DNA of 64,000 nucleotides from Octopus sinensis (taxonomy: Eukaryota): positions 9,749 to 73,748 of the forward strand of contig NW_021824837.1 in NCBI RefSeq assembly GCF_006345805.1. Direction: 5' to 3'. The translations under genes were made by a program, and so were the position numbers. The notes below the pieces were generated by a model. The model did no database searches, was not told the DNA's origin, and was given only the letters and a program-made list of their open reading frames with translations. Positions within the stretch are counted from its first letter, which is position 1. Each line of letters starts with the position of its first letter. Of the stretch, positions 12,221 to 25,835 are shown piece after piece.

Positions 12221-13601
12221 CAAGTTTAAATCATAATTCGACAAATCACTTAACTTTGGAAAAAGATATTATATAGTTAAATAACGTAAAATTAGTTACG
12301 CTTGGAATATGTTATCAAATTTTCATTATTTAAGTCTCTTGACAGGAAATGCAACGGACATAAGAATTTTTCGGGAAATTATCCCATTTCTGTTGCCATT
12401 TTGACTTCGACAGTAAGAACAAGAACATCAACAAATAGGGTAAATGAATCATACGTCATAATCATTTCAGAAAATTTTATAATCGCCTTCGATATGTGAT
12501 GGAAACATTTTTAATATTACAGATTACCTATCTCTTTATTTCTATCTATGAATATGTGAATCCATGTATTTATATGTGTTTGTGTGTGTGTGTATGAGTG
12601 GGTGTATTATGCATGTATGTATGGATTGATAGAATGAAAGATACGAGTGTATGCTTGTATGCGTGTGCTTAAACGGATGTATGGATCGATGTTTGTTTGT
12701 AAGCATGGGTGTATAGTCACATAGACCTGCATATATATATATATTTATATATATATATGCGTATTTTAATATAAATTTATGTTGTTTGCATAAAGGGCTG
12801 TATGTATATGTGTAAGCATGTGTGTATTTATGTATGCGTGCGTGCATGTTATATGTGCACATAAAATAAATACACACAAGAAAAAGTAAATATCTATAAT
12901 GTATACGTATACGTACACACGTACATACACACACGCATATGTATGCATGCACACACTTATATGTGAGTGTTCTTCGACAACATTCGCGTCTGTATGAATG
13001 TATATTTATACAATTTATACAATTTATACAATTCTTCAAGTCTCCATATAAACGTACATCCGCCTGTATGTGCATGCGTACTTACACATTCACATATAAA
13101 CTCAACAACAAACTCACAGCCACAAATACTCTCTTTTTAACACACACACACACACACATGTACAAATTGCGCATGTTCGAAATTCCTCCACTCCATCTAC
13201 CATATTCTCATACCATTTTAATTTACCCCAAAAACTATTGAGTATTTCCAACCCATTATCAACCCTAAGACTTGAACACCGTTTTTAGTTTCTAGACCAA
13301 GATAACAAAAAATACTTCACCAACAAAGGAAATTGTAATCCTAATCCGTTTTTCTCCTAATTTTATTTTTGTCTCTATAATAATCACCCCTACAAAGTCC
13401 AACTAATTCTTTACACTTTCACACATGCACGCAAAAGCATATTTAGTCGACATACAGATAACCCCGTCCTATCTCTGTCTATAAGCCATCTCAGAGGAAA
13501 CTTTACGATATGAACACTAGTTTGAAATTCTATGGCTTCTAATGCTAGCAACCAACCATTAACTGACGTCACAGCTAAAAACGATTGTATTTCAAATTGT
13601 G

Positions 13602-13833
13602 AAGGAGCGTGGTTTAGTGGTTAGAGTATTCGACACACTATCGTAAGGTTTTGAGTTCCATTCCTGGCGTTGCGCTGCCTCGTTGAGCAAGACACTTTAT
13701 TTGATGTTGTATTATTTCCATTCAGCTGACAAACACCAGCTTTGTCACATAATATGTCACGCTGAATCACCGTGAGAACTATGCAGAGTGCTCAACCACT
13801 TGCACGTTAATTTCACGAGCAGGCTGTTCCATT
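13602..13833 (+). mobile_element. Old tRNA/CORE-type SINE related to families C and D
   Basis: Head ggagcgtggtttagtggttagag, ttgagcaagacactttattt core, tail gcacgttaatttcacgagcaggctgttcc shared with family C. Confidence 0.75.
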
Positions 13834-14782
13834 GACCAGGTTTGCAAGGTTTTTTTTAATAATTCAAATTAAAACCACCATGTGTATCTCATACAATAAG
13901 TATATACATCGTCGAAAGGCATTTCAGCAGTGCATTTACATTTTGTTTGATGAAGTTGTTGCAGTTGTGCTCACCGACATCTTATTAAGCTTAAATTCAA
14001 TTTTTCCAAATTCACTCACACGCACACACACACATATATACACGCATATACATATACATATACATATACATAAATACATATATATACATATAAATATACA
14101 TACATACATATATATATATTTATATTTATTTATATTGTTATATTTCGGAATGGTCATATTGCCAGTTTAGCCAATATCTGTTTCAACACACGACTTCACA
14201 TAAAAAATCTTGCACAACAAATATTTAAACGTATTTATTTATAAATATTTATTTATTTATTTATTTATTTATATTTATATGTATGTATACATACAGAATT
14301 TGGGGTGGGTGAAACTGGATTTCGAAACACATGCAAGCTTCAAATATTATTTTCAAAATGCGTTTTAGCAGCTATTTCTCTTGTCTTGAAGACCCTAATA
14401 CGATTTAAAATGTCTGTAAGAATGGTTTAATGCATGCGAATACAGGAGTTTATATCTTTTGTGGTGAAAGTAGGAGAATGATACTTCTAGGTATCATTCT
14501 CCAAATTTCACCACGAATTTTTGTAAGCTCGGTCGAGCTAGTAAATAGATTTGTAGCTACAGGTAATTTTAAACCAGTCTGAAGGCGCATTACGTCTGCG
14601 ATCAATGTAGCTACCCTGAAATGTATGCAGAACATATGTCAGCATTAAATTCAGCATATATTATTGCCTTGCGTACCTCGATCGACAATGATCTCTTGAG
14701 GGCTACGCCCAATGCAATTTAATTCAACAACACTACTTGCTGATAGTGTTTACATAAATCTCGTTAATTCTGTTACAATTTT

Positions 14783-15096
14783 GGAGATGTACTTGCATAG
14801 CGAGTGACTTGATCTGGGATCGTGTGCTGGAACGAAAACAATTGCAGCGTGGAAGGTGTTTATAAGCCATTTAAGAAACACATAAAAACTGTTAAATTCA
14901 CTTCAACATTTAAATTTAATTTGTCAAAATATTTTCGTCGCTTTGAGACCGCAACCTGTTCACTGACAAAACTTCGTGCTGCATAAAAAACAGATGCAGT
15001 ACGAAGTTTTGTCAGTGAACAGGTCGCGGTCTCAAAGCGACGAAAATATTTTGACAAATTAAATTTAAATGTTGAAGTGAATCGAACGGTTTTTGT
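14783..15096. mobile_element. Interspersed repeat terminus in fold-back arrangement (probable Penelope-like element end)
   Basis: Arms 14896-14984 and 14994-15082 are reverse complements with 2 mismatches; a single-arm copy lies at 53321-53465. The Penelope-like assignment is inference. Confidence 0.6.
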
Positions 15097-15187
15097 AACA
15101 ATTTGTTATTAAAAAAAAAAAATTTACATGCATTACATGGAATATTATTGCACCTTTGCGCGACGCCTATTCAGCTATAGCACGCAA

Positions 15188-15218
<31 letters not shown>

Positions 15219-15261
15219 GATAGATAGAGAGACAGACAAACATGTAGGTAGGAAGATCGAC

Positions 15262-15344
<83 letters not shown>

Positions 15345-16997
15345 AAATTTGGGCTACAGGATACTATATTTCCAAATGATCAGCCGTATATTCTATCAAC
15401 TAAGTCAGTCGAAGCTTATAGAATTAAGAGCTCTTTTCCTGCGCTGTATCGAAACACATACAGTCTCAGCATCGATTGTGAAATATATGAATGAAAATCG
15501 CTTAAAATATAGCCGGTAGGCTTTTTAAGTTGACGTCTTGATATTCATCCATTTCTAATACTCTAACTTACTACTAAGATTAAATATGATTTCGTTGTAA
15601 CAAATCGCACGAAGAGGCAATTCTTTTATGATTTATTCTCCAGCAACTAACACAAAGGATTTTTATTTTCGTTTTTCACAAGAATGAAGATGAACATTGC
15701 AGATTATTTTAAAGTTATTCTGCAATGCAACTCCAACGTAAACCGTGGACTGTAATAATATTTCATTTCTTGTGAAAAACCACGCGAACAGATTCGGTAG
15801 TTATTTACAATAGAATTTCATTCACCATGTCTCTTCCGGACAAACAATAATATCGAATGAATATCTTCCTTTCGCTTCTACTATTTTCTTTTCAGTCTGA
15901 ATAACTTCAAAAGAGCAAAACCAAGAACATGGGTCATCATGATGTGACCTTTTGTGATATTTGTGTCATTGACTGGAAAAGGCAGTCATCAATGGAAAAA
16001 TCTATCAAAGACTAACCCTGTTGAAAACCCACTCACCCAGCACGTGATCTCTGGGAAATTTATGGGAATATTTTCTGATCCTTTTATTTTTCTATGGCAA
16101 CGCAGAATGTTGATCAGAATCATCATCTTGGTTTAAGGATGTTCAGTTCAGTGAAATATTCACATTATTTTATTAGTCTAAAGGATATGAAGGCATCATT
16201 CAAAGAATATACTTTACATCTTACAAACTCCATCTACATTTCGAATGCTCTCTGTAAAACTGCAAATGCCTATAAATTATTAGACATGGCGGATTTATTC
16301 GACTTAAAATACTTGTAAGAGAAAAGAAGCAAATCTGATGCACTATTTCCAGTAGTTACCCAAATCAGATGCGATTGGTGGAGTTACGACGTTTGTCTAA
16401 GAAAGTAACTCACGAAGTCAAAATTAGTCTTGAGTATTTTAGCTGGAATCTACTGTTTGTAAATGGAATAAGGGATACAGCGGCACATACATAGAACTTG
16501 AAGATCACAGTCGCATGATTTTGTAAATTAAAGAAAGAAAAGAAGAAAGAAAGCAAGAAAGAAAACTTATACAAATGAATTGACAAACTTCAAAATACAT
16601 GATTATTCTACAGGTTCTATGCCATATATTTTGAGAAAGGGATGAACTCACTTCTGCTCCAGTACTTAGCTGTTTGTTTTTTAATCATCCTCGAACCTTG
16701 GAAGATATAGTTGATCTTGTTCCTGGTATATAAAATTAAAAGGGAAAGAGACACACAAAAAAAATCTAAATAATTTTGTTTTATTGATTTTATTTAACAC
16801 CATCCAGTAATATGTATACTAGCAAGAGAACCTCTATGTCGTTGTATCTAGAAGTAGTAACCAAGTTTTCTTCAGGTTCACTCAACTCCTTAGCAAAACA
16901 AAACTGTCAATAACAAGCTCCTGGATTTTGTAAACTCGGGGAAAACAATGGATGGTTATGCCTGGAATATATTTTATCATAGATGTGTTACATCAGA

Positions 16998-17175
<178 letters not shown>

Positions 17176-17440
17176 AACATCAGAATTGACGTTGTACTGA
17201 AGAACGAAAATATGCAATAAAGTTGATTAATATTTCGATGATGATGATGATGATAGCATAACAGTATTTCTAGTAGAACGCTATAGAAGTAGATATAAGA
17301 AGTAAATTATAAATAATATATATTTGAATTTTGATTACTTTTAAAAAATTACATTTGAAAAACATTTCCACTGTAGTTGAAAGTATTCCATTTAACAAAT
17401 CAGATATGTGTGTATGCGCATATGTGTATAAAATGTATAT

Positions 17441-17836
17441 CTCTTTACTCTTTACTCTCTTTTACTTGTTTCAGTCATTTGACTGCGGCCATGCTGGAGC
17501 ACCGCCTTTAATCGAGCAACTCGACCCCGGGACTTATTCTTTTGTAAGCCCAGTACTTATTTTATCGGTCTCTTTTGCCGAACCGCTAAGTAACGGGGTC
17601 ATAAACACACCAGCATCGGTTGTCAAGCAATGCTAGGGGGACAAATACAGACACACAAACACACACACGCCTATATATATATACATATATACGACAGGCT
17701 TCTTTCAGTTTCCGTCTACCAAATCCACTCACAAGGCTTTGGTCGGCCCGAGGCTATAGTAGAAGACACTATAGAACCCAAGAACCCGGAACCCGGAACC
17801 ATGTGGTTGGTAGACAAGCTACTTACCACACAGCCA
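17441..17836 (-). mobile_element. SINE family A, near full length
   Basis: Reverse complement of the copy at 10747-11154, including tail and internal microsatellite. Confidence 0.92.
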
Positions 17837-17841
17837 TATAT

Positions 17842-17872
<31 letters not shown>

Positions 17873-17879
17873 GGGGGGG

Positions 17880-18030
17880 GGGAATTCACAAAAAAGAAAT
17901 CAAAAGACGAATACTGGTTGTGTAGACAACAAACTGATGTGTTAGTTTAACGCTCGGGAAGTGAAAAGGTCTTTAACTTTTCGAGCCTACGCTCTTCCAC
18001 AGAAAGGAACGCAGAAAGAAACAGGGACAG
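17880..18030 (-). mobile_element. Short Penelope-like terminal-repeat element abutting (TA)n, with a hammerhead-like fold at 17971-18006
   Basis: Minus strand reads CTTT-CTGTGGA-A-GAGC-GTAG-GCTC-GAA-AAGT-T-AAAG; architecture shared with 31430-31565 and 32540-32735. Confidence 0.5.
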
Positions 18031-18096
18031 AAAATAAAGAATGTATAGTGGCTAGCGATCTACACGCACAATACATACACACACATACGCACATTC

Positions 18097-18540
18097 TGAG
18101 CTAGAAGAATCGTTAGGACGCCGAACAAAATGCTTAGTAGTATTTCGTCAGCCTTTACGTTTGAGTTCAAATTCCGCCTAGGTCGACTTTACGTTTCATA
18201 CTTTTGGGAGTCAATAAAATAAGTACCAGTTGAGGACTGGGGTCGATGAAATCGACTTAACCCCTTCCCCGAAACTGCTGGACCTGTGACAAAATTTGAA
18301 ACCTCTGTTATCATTTTAAGGCGGAGAGCTGGCAGAATCTTTAGCAGGCTGAACGAAATACTTAGAGGCATTTCATCTGCCGCTACGTTCTGAGTTCAAA
18401 TTCCACTGAAGTCGACTTTGCCTTTCATCCTTTCGGGGTCGATAAAATAAGTACCAGTCGAACACTGGGGTCGATGTAATCGACTTATCTTCTCCCTCAA
18501 AATTGCTGCCCTTGTGGAAAAATTTGAAACCATTATTATA
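18097..18540 (+). mobile_element. Two head-to-tail SINE family B copies (older subfamily, tail ...aaatttgaaacc(att)n)
   Basis: Each has the gagct.g.agaa head, gagttcaaattcc B-box and ggggtcgat.taatcgact body. Confidence 0.85.
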
Positions 18541-19293
18541 ATTGTAGTAGTAGTAGTAGTAGTAGTAGTAGCAGCAGCAGCACCAGCAGCAACAGTGGTG
18601 GTAGTAAGAAGAGGAGGAGGAATAGAAGGAGGAGGAAGGAATAAGAAGGTAATAACGAAGCAACTGCTAATAAGAACGATGGTTATGACGATGACAGCAA
18701 CAACGGCGGCGGCGCCGCCGGTGAGGACGGCGACGGTAAAGATGATGATGATGTCGACAACAACAATGATGATGATGATGATGATTTAAAGAAGGATTTC
18801 GATGTAGATATTGGATATTTGGTAAGACAAACGATTAATCACAGAGTAGATAATTCCTTCCTCAAAGACGCTTGCCGCCTTTGTTACTAAATTTACACTG
18901 CGACGTGCAAAAAAATGGCGGAAATAAACATAGTGAAGGAAAGGTAAATGTAATCCACACAATGCCTTCTCGGCTTCATTTCGTTTTCTTACTCTTTATC
19001 TATGTCCTTTTCGTTCTTGTTAATTCTCATTTTTGTTATTTTTTTATACGGGTAAAAGCACACACAGGCACACGCATACACGCACAGACACTGACACACA
19101 CGCACACACATATACACACAGAAGTAGTCTCACACAACTTGCACTCACAAACACACGAATATACATATATAAATACGCAGAGTTACACTTAAAACATATA
19201 CAAGCATGTACAAAAGCCTGTAAATATTACATACATATACACGCACACATACACACACGTACATATCTATCAATCTATCTATCTATCTATGTG

Positions 19294-19325
<32 letters not shown>

Positions 19326-19387
19326 TACACACAGACACACACACGCTCACACACACACACACACACACAACACACACACACACACAC

Positions 19388-19437
<50 letters not shown>

Positions 19438-20036
19438 CATACACACACATATATATATATATATATAATATATATATATACCAACACATATCAGTGCGTT
19501 TAGTATATGTTTATGCTTATAAGTTCATTGTGTACGTATGTGTATCTATTTTCAAATATACGAACTTCTGTGTGTGTGTGTCTGTGTGTTTGTGTGTGTG
19601 TGTGTGTGGTGTGTGTGTGTGTGTATGTGTGTGTGTGTGTTTGTATTTGTGTGTGCGTATCTCTGCGTGTATGTGTTGTTTTATACGTTTGTACCGGAAG
19701 CATATAGCCATGTGATTTTTCATATCTGTTCGTACATTGATCAATGTATGATTAGATTTCTTTCTACACAATAATAGGGTTAACCCCTATATATATAGTT
19801 TTATATCACTTTTATCCATCTAAAAAGACATGTTTTCACCGTTTTACCAAATATTTTTTTTCTTTTTGTATGTCTTTTCTGTTTCTTTTCCAACTTTTCT
19901 TATTAATTTTTTTTCATTGTTATTGCTGTTACATTGCAAAATGCGAATTGGTGTTTTGCATCGTAAATTTACCATTTAGTGTATGCAACAACATAAACAG
20001 AAATTTGCAAGACGGTGGATGTGTGTGTGTGTGTGT

Positions 20037-20104
<68 letters not shown>

Positions 20105-20657
20105 GTGTGTGTTTTCCTTTTTTTTTTTTTTCTTTCTAAAATCTATTCCCCAAACATAGACCTCATATTTCAGAGTAGAAGTTCTAGTCAGAAAGACGCT
20201 AGTTGGTCCTTACCGGTTTTTCTTATAAATCGACAGAATTTGATGGATTTAGATAGAATTCAGATTTAGTCTTGTGTTATGAATAATTTCCTGATAATTA
20301 AGTTAGATCTTTGATGAGTCTGCGGAGGAGTGATATTATTGCCTTTGCAAGTTATGGTGCAATAAATAAATAAATAAATAAATAAATGAATAAATAAATA
20401 TATATATGGTAGCCCAGCCAATGTTTCATGGGAGACTCAAGATTTTGTCGGAACTGAGAAAGGATATTTGAGACGATGTTTGTTTAAAAGAGTCCGTGTG
20501 GGGTCGGGGGACTATAAAAGTGAAGATAAGAAACATGAAAGTTTCGATCGAAATCCTAGAAGTATTGTTGAATTACACACATACACACAAACACACATAC
20601 ACAGAAAACACACACTCACACACACACACACACACGCACACACATACACACACACAT

Positions 20658-20693
<36 letters not shown>

Positions 20694-20753
20694 CACACAC
20701 TACTCACGAAAAGGCATCAATGTTATATTTCGCTAGACCCGAGGAACACGAAA

Positions 20754-20789
<36 letters not shown>

Positions 20790-20791
<2 letters not shown>

Positions 20792-21186
20792 TTTATTGCT
20801 TCATTCATTTGACTGTGGCCATGCTGGAGCACCGCCTTCAGTCGAGCAAATCGACCCCATGACTTATTCTTTGTAAGCCTAGTACTTATTCTATCGGTCT
20901 CTTTTGCCGAATCGCTAAGTTACGGGGACGTAAACACAACCAGCATCGGTTGTCAAGCGATGTTGGGGTGGGGGGACAAAGACAGACACACAGACATATA
21001 CACACATACATATATAGATACATATATACGACAGGCCTCTTTCAGTTTCCGTCTACCAAATCCACTCACAAGGCTTTGGTTGGCCCGAGCCTATAGTAGA
21101 AGGCACTTGCCCAATGTGCCACGCAGTGGGACTGAACCCAGAACCATGTGGTTGGTAAGCAAGCTACTTACCACACAGCCACACAC
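20790..21186 (-). mobile_element. SINE family A, near full length
   Basis: Reverse complement of the family A consensus seen in this window. Confidence 0.92.
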
Positions 21187-21704
21187 CCACACACATATAC
21201 ATATATATATATGTATACACACACACATAAATATATCATATATATATATATATATATACATATATATATAGATGATAACATAAGTAATGTTTCAGTACTA
21301 TATTTTAGATGTTCCAGCATAACCACGTCTATTGACAAAGGCCCAAAAAGAAACAAATGAATCGAATACGTAAGTTATCATTTTGTCTTGGAAAATGTAG
21401 GATGATTGAATAAGCGCGCATTTTCAGAACATGCATTTGATCATGGTTTTGCTGTGTTAGGCCTTGATTTGGATTTAAACAACAACAAAAATTACAACAG
21501 TCGAAATACATAGAACATGGTTTCTCCATATGTTAATTAGAGCAACCGAATGTCCATTAAAGCAGGCTTTATTAATTTTAAAAATGAAAGACGCAATTTA
21601 TAATGTAGTCTTGGATAAAGTGTCTGAAACTAAGATGCCTAGAAAGAAGATCTATTTGATCAGTGCTAAATAATACAAAAAACAAAAACTCCTACAAAAT
21701 AATA

Positions 21705-22030
21705 TTTATTTATTTATTTTTTTATTTATCTAGTTTCAGCTCACAAGCTGTGGCCATGCTAGGGCACCGCCATTTGGTGTTGCTACATGATTTTACTTCA
21801 CGAATGCTTTTTAGCAATTGCCATTTGGTGCATGAGAGAGTTCGATGCAGCTGCCCTCATCTGCACCTCCTGCCGTGAAGTTGATTCATCTGGGACACCT
21901 GACAAGAAGAGATCCAGTTTTATTTTAAGGACATCTGCATCCACCCCATGCAGGTCTCTTAGGTTCTTCGGGAGGATATTGAAGAGCTGTGGGCCTCGGA
22001 AGCCCAGGCTATCACAGTATCTTGTGATAT
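21705..22030 (-). mobile_element. 5'-truncated non-LTR retrotransposon (CR1/L2-group-like) ORF2 C-terminus plus 3' UTR and (TAAA)n tail
   Basis: Minus strand reads TRYCDSLGFRGPQLFNILPKNLRDLHGVDADVLKIKLDLFLSGVPDESTSRQEVQMRAAASNSLMHQMAIAKKHS* (stop at 21798-21800), a typical LINE ORF2 end (GPxLFNxLP...LDxFL..PD...RAAxSNSL). Clade label is from recall. Confidence 0.8.
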
Positions 22031-22124
22031 GTAGGGAGACGGTTATTAAAAGTAGACTAAATTACCTTTCCGAGTCTTGTAAACACATGGGCCCGGTTTC
22101 CCGGTTTCCATGATGTATATAATC

Positions 22125-22265
22125 CCCACCTGGACGGTCCGTTGCAGGATTACTCATTCTTGCTAGCTGAGCAAATTGAAGTAATCCGTCGCCCGGTTCA
22201 GGAATCGAAACCACAATCTTACGATCATGAATCTAACATTCTAACCACTAAGCCACACACCTCCA
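22125..22265 (-). mobile_element. Old tRNA-derived CORE-type SINE 5' fragment
   Basis: Reverse complement of a tRNA-like head (ggcttagtggttagaatg...ggtttcgattcctg). Confidence 0.6.
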
Positions 22266-23099
22266 CTTAGAAACGGTTTCTCACAGAACTTCTCGAGTAT
22301 CCAGAAGTATTTTTCACTCATGAATCTGCTATATGAAAACTCATAGATGTTGGCTACTTTTGATACGAAATGGTAGAAATGTAGTCTCATAGAAAAAGTC
22401 AAGTGAGAAGGCATTTCGTCAACTCTATAAGGTGGAGACATGTCTAAGCAATGACAACCGGCGTAAAGGAGTGTTATTGCAATATAACTATTCTGTTTGT
22501 TGATATCATATATTTTACATCCCGAGGATTGCCTGGGAATTGAAATATCTCACCTAACTTTCTTTTAATCAGTATTTTTAGTGATGTGTGATATCTTCCC
22601 ACATACTTTAACTTGATGTCAAATTAAAGACGATTGGATACTGTTCACTGTAAAGGAAATACCTACAAGATCTCTTAGAGATGGATATTCCTTCGTTGTA
22701 TTCTGACCTGTCATAAAAACTCGACTCGGCGCTTCAGCCTAGCATAAAAAACAAAATTTTGCATAGTTGCATATCAGAGACCCTTCCCTGTCATTTCGTT
22801 ATTTAAGACAATATGGCATCATTTCATGAAGCTTTGGTACCTGTTTCTTGCATGTCGTGCACTTACGTAGACGTCCATTCATTGGCTTGCATGTAATCAC
22901 GCATGCAAATATGTGAATTTCCTACGTGTATCTTATTTCTTGATATTTGTTCCATTAACCGCTTGTATTTTTTAACACTCCCCATCAAGAATTTCGTTCA
23001 CGAAATTATATTTTAAATAATTTTTTTCTCAGCGGCAAAATTTTCTTACTCATGTGAGTTTGAAGAATACATAGTTTAGCTTAAAGTTTTATTTACAAT

Positions 23100-23495
23100 G
23101 GAGTAGCTGTGTGGTAAGTAGCTTGTGTGGTAAGAAGTTTGCTTACCAACCACATGGTTCCTGGTTCAGCCCCACTGCGTGGCACCTTGGGCAAGTGTCT
23201 TCTACTATAGCCTCGGGCCGACCAAAGCCTTGTGAGTGGATTTGGTAGACGGAAACTGAAAGAAGCCCGTCGTATATATGTATATATGTGTGTGTGTGTC
23301 TGTACCCCCAACATCATTTGACAACCGATGCTGGTGTGTTTGCATCCCTGTAACTAAACGGTTCAGCAAAAGAGACCGATAGAATAAGTCCTAGGCTTAC
23401 AATGAATAAGTCCTGGGGTCGATTTGCTCGACTAAAGGCGGTACTCCAGCATGGCCGCAGTCAAATGACTGAAACAAGTAAAAGAGTAAAAGTGA
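23100..23495 (+). mobile_element. SINE family A, near full length
   Basis: Same architecture as 10747-11154; short 5' duplication of tgtgtggtaag. Confidence 0.92.
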
Positions 23496-23496
23496 G

Positions 23497-23533
<37 letters not shown>

Positions 23534-24710
23534 TACATATACATACATGTATATGCAGTTGTTCATATGAAGAAGTTTTTCAATATTTGTGTGGGCATGC
23601 ATAAGTATTCTTTTCTTCTTGTGAATGCATGTTTATGCATCTATTTTTGAGGGTACCCGGGTGTAAATCCATATCTGTTCTTGTGCGAGCTATTTTATAC
23701 AAGCTATTGTGTGCGTATGAATACGTAGTTTCAATATCTAAGATTTTTGAAACATCCATTGTATTTAAATATGTCTGAATGTGTATGCGTGTATCTTGTT
23801 TTCGTTTGCATGCACGTGTATGCTATTTTATGTGGGTGTGTGTCTACATGCATACCAAAATGTGTATGTATGTGATCGCTTGTTAGTATACGAATACATC
23901 AGCAGTTTACTATGTTTGCTTGCGCAAGCTATTGTACAGCAGCGTGTCTATATGTACGTTCAAATGTCTACGTGTGTGTCTGTATTCATGCGTAAGTCTG
24001 CAGTTTCGTATATTTGCTTGTGCAAGCCATGATATATATATATATATTATATATAGTACGTGAGCGAGTGTGTATTTGTGTATACGTTAGTGTGTTAGTG
24101 GCGAACCGAGGAGTGGTGGTTCGGGGTTTTGATTGTACGTGTGTGTTTTGAAGCTCATTTGACATTCAGTGAAGCTGACAAGCGAAAAGGTTGGTAAGCA
24201 GGTTGTTTTAGTATTAGGCGAAACTTCTTCACGCCTTTGACACTGAAACAGATTGACATGTAAAGAACGAACGTTCTCAGAACTTTTTACGAGACCAACG
24301 TCAAGAAACGAACTCCCGCTCTAACTCGCACCAAGCCGTTCCGCCTCCCCCCTCCTCCCCACACACTACCGTCACTCCACCCACGACCCCCCCTTCACCA
24401 AACCGACTAATAACACTTCTATATTCTTAATGTTCTTTACACAATTTATAAATCCTTCTCGGTAGTGTGTGTGTGTGTGTATATGCGTGTGTATGTGTGT
24501 AGAGAAAGAGAGAGAGAGAGAGAGAGAGAAGAAGTGAGAAGTGGTGGGCGGGGAGCAAACTGTGAGGTGTGGCACCGTGTGTGTGTAGGGAAGGGGAAGA
24601 CAGGTGAGGTGACGTTGCAGTTGGGGGTTCGGGGTTCGGGGTTTTTCAGGAAGAGAAAAATTGACGTCCAGAAATTCATCCGTGTTTGTGCTTCAAGATC
24701 TCACGCGTTA

Positions 24711-24735
24711 GCTGCTGCTGTTGCTGCTGCTGCTG

Positions 24736-24787
<52 letters not shown>

Positions 24788-24796
24788 CACCACCAT

Positions 24797-24836
<40 letters not shown>

Positions 24837-24843
24837 GCTGCTG

Positions 24844-24877
<34 letters not shown>

Positions 24878-24885
24878 CACTACCA

Positions 24886-24927
<42 letters not shown>

Positions 24928-24957
24928 TACTACCACCACCACCACCACCACCACACC

Positions 24958-25014
<57 letters not shown>

Positions 25015-25060
25015 GTTGCTGCTACTGCTACCGCTACTGCTGCTACTGCTGCTGCTACTG
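24711..25060. repeat. Compound (CTG)n/(CTA)n/(CCA)n trinucleotide tract
   Basis: Direct inspection. Confidence 0.95.
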
Positions 25061-25835
25061 TTACTGGCTCCACTTGAACGCCGTGAGATATTTGCCAATC
25101 AAGAAAATAACTATGATTGGAATTTGATTAGTTATATATGTCAAATACACTTTTCAACTGAACCTGAAGCACTTTTGCATCGTTCCACCTTTTTCTCTTT
25201 TTCTCTCCTCGCCTTCCCTATCCGTCTTTCTTTCCCCGTCTTTCACTGTCCTTATCTTTCTGGTTTTTCTCTTTCTGTGTCTCACTCTCTCTTTTAGTGC
25301 CCCCCCCCCCGCCCACCGTTCTACCCGACTTTCCACAAGTCTCTTTCTTTTCAATTTTTGGTCACTGTTCATTTATTCATTCATTATATTTTCTTTTGCC
25401 ATGAAGGGACATGTGATTACAATACTGCAAAGGCCGCAAAGATAATGATTCGTGCCAGAAATCAATTTTGATATCAAAGGTTTCCTTTATCCATTGAAAA
25501 CTTTATTTCCACAAATATTGTTGTGTAGCAGTTGCAAAGTGTTAAAAATCTAACCCAATACACTCCATCGGTTGGCCCACCTGTCAAACTGTCTTAATAG
25601 TTTGCCTTTTAAACTAATATTGGTATATCCGTGATGTCAAAAATTACAGTACGTTAAAAATGGAAGATAGAATAAGTGTGTAATAAAAGTATCGCCATAC
25701 ATTCCATACATTTGCTACAAACTTGTTAAACCACATCATTTATTGCCAGGTTAACTTCTGATCAACGTTCATTTACTAAAACTTTAGAGATCCTTCAAAG
25801 AAATAAGGCAACAGGTGATAAGTGCTATAGGTGCA

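Noticed and set aside
15885-16320. Short ORFs and a possible 64-nt minus-strand intron (gtgagt...ttttccag)
   Set aside because: Translations match no family I recognise, and splice-like motifs at this density are expected by chance.
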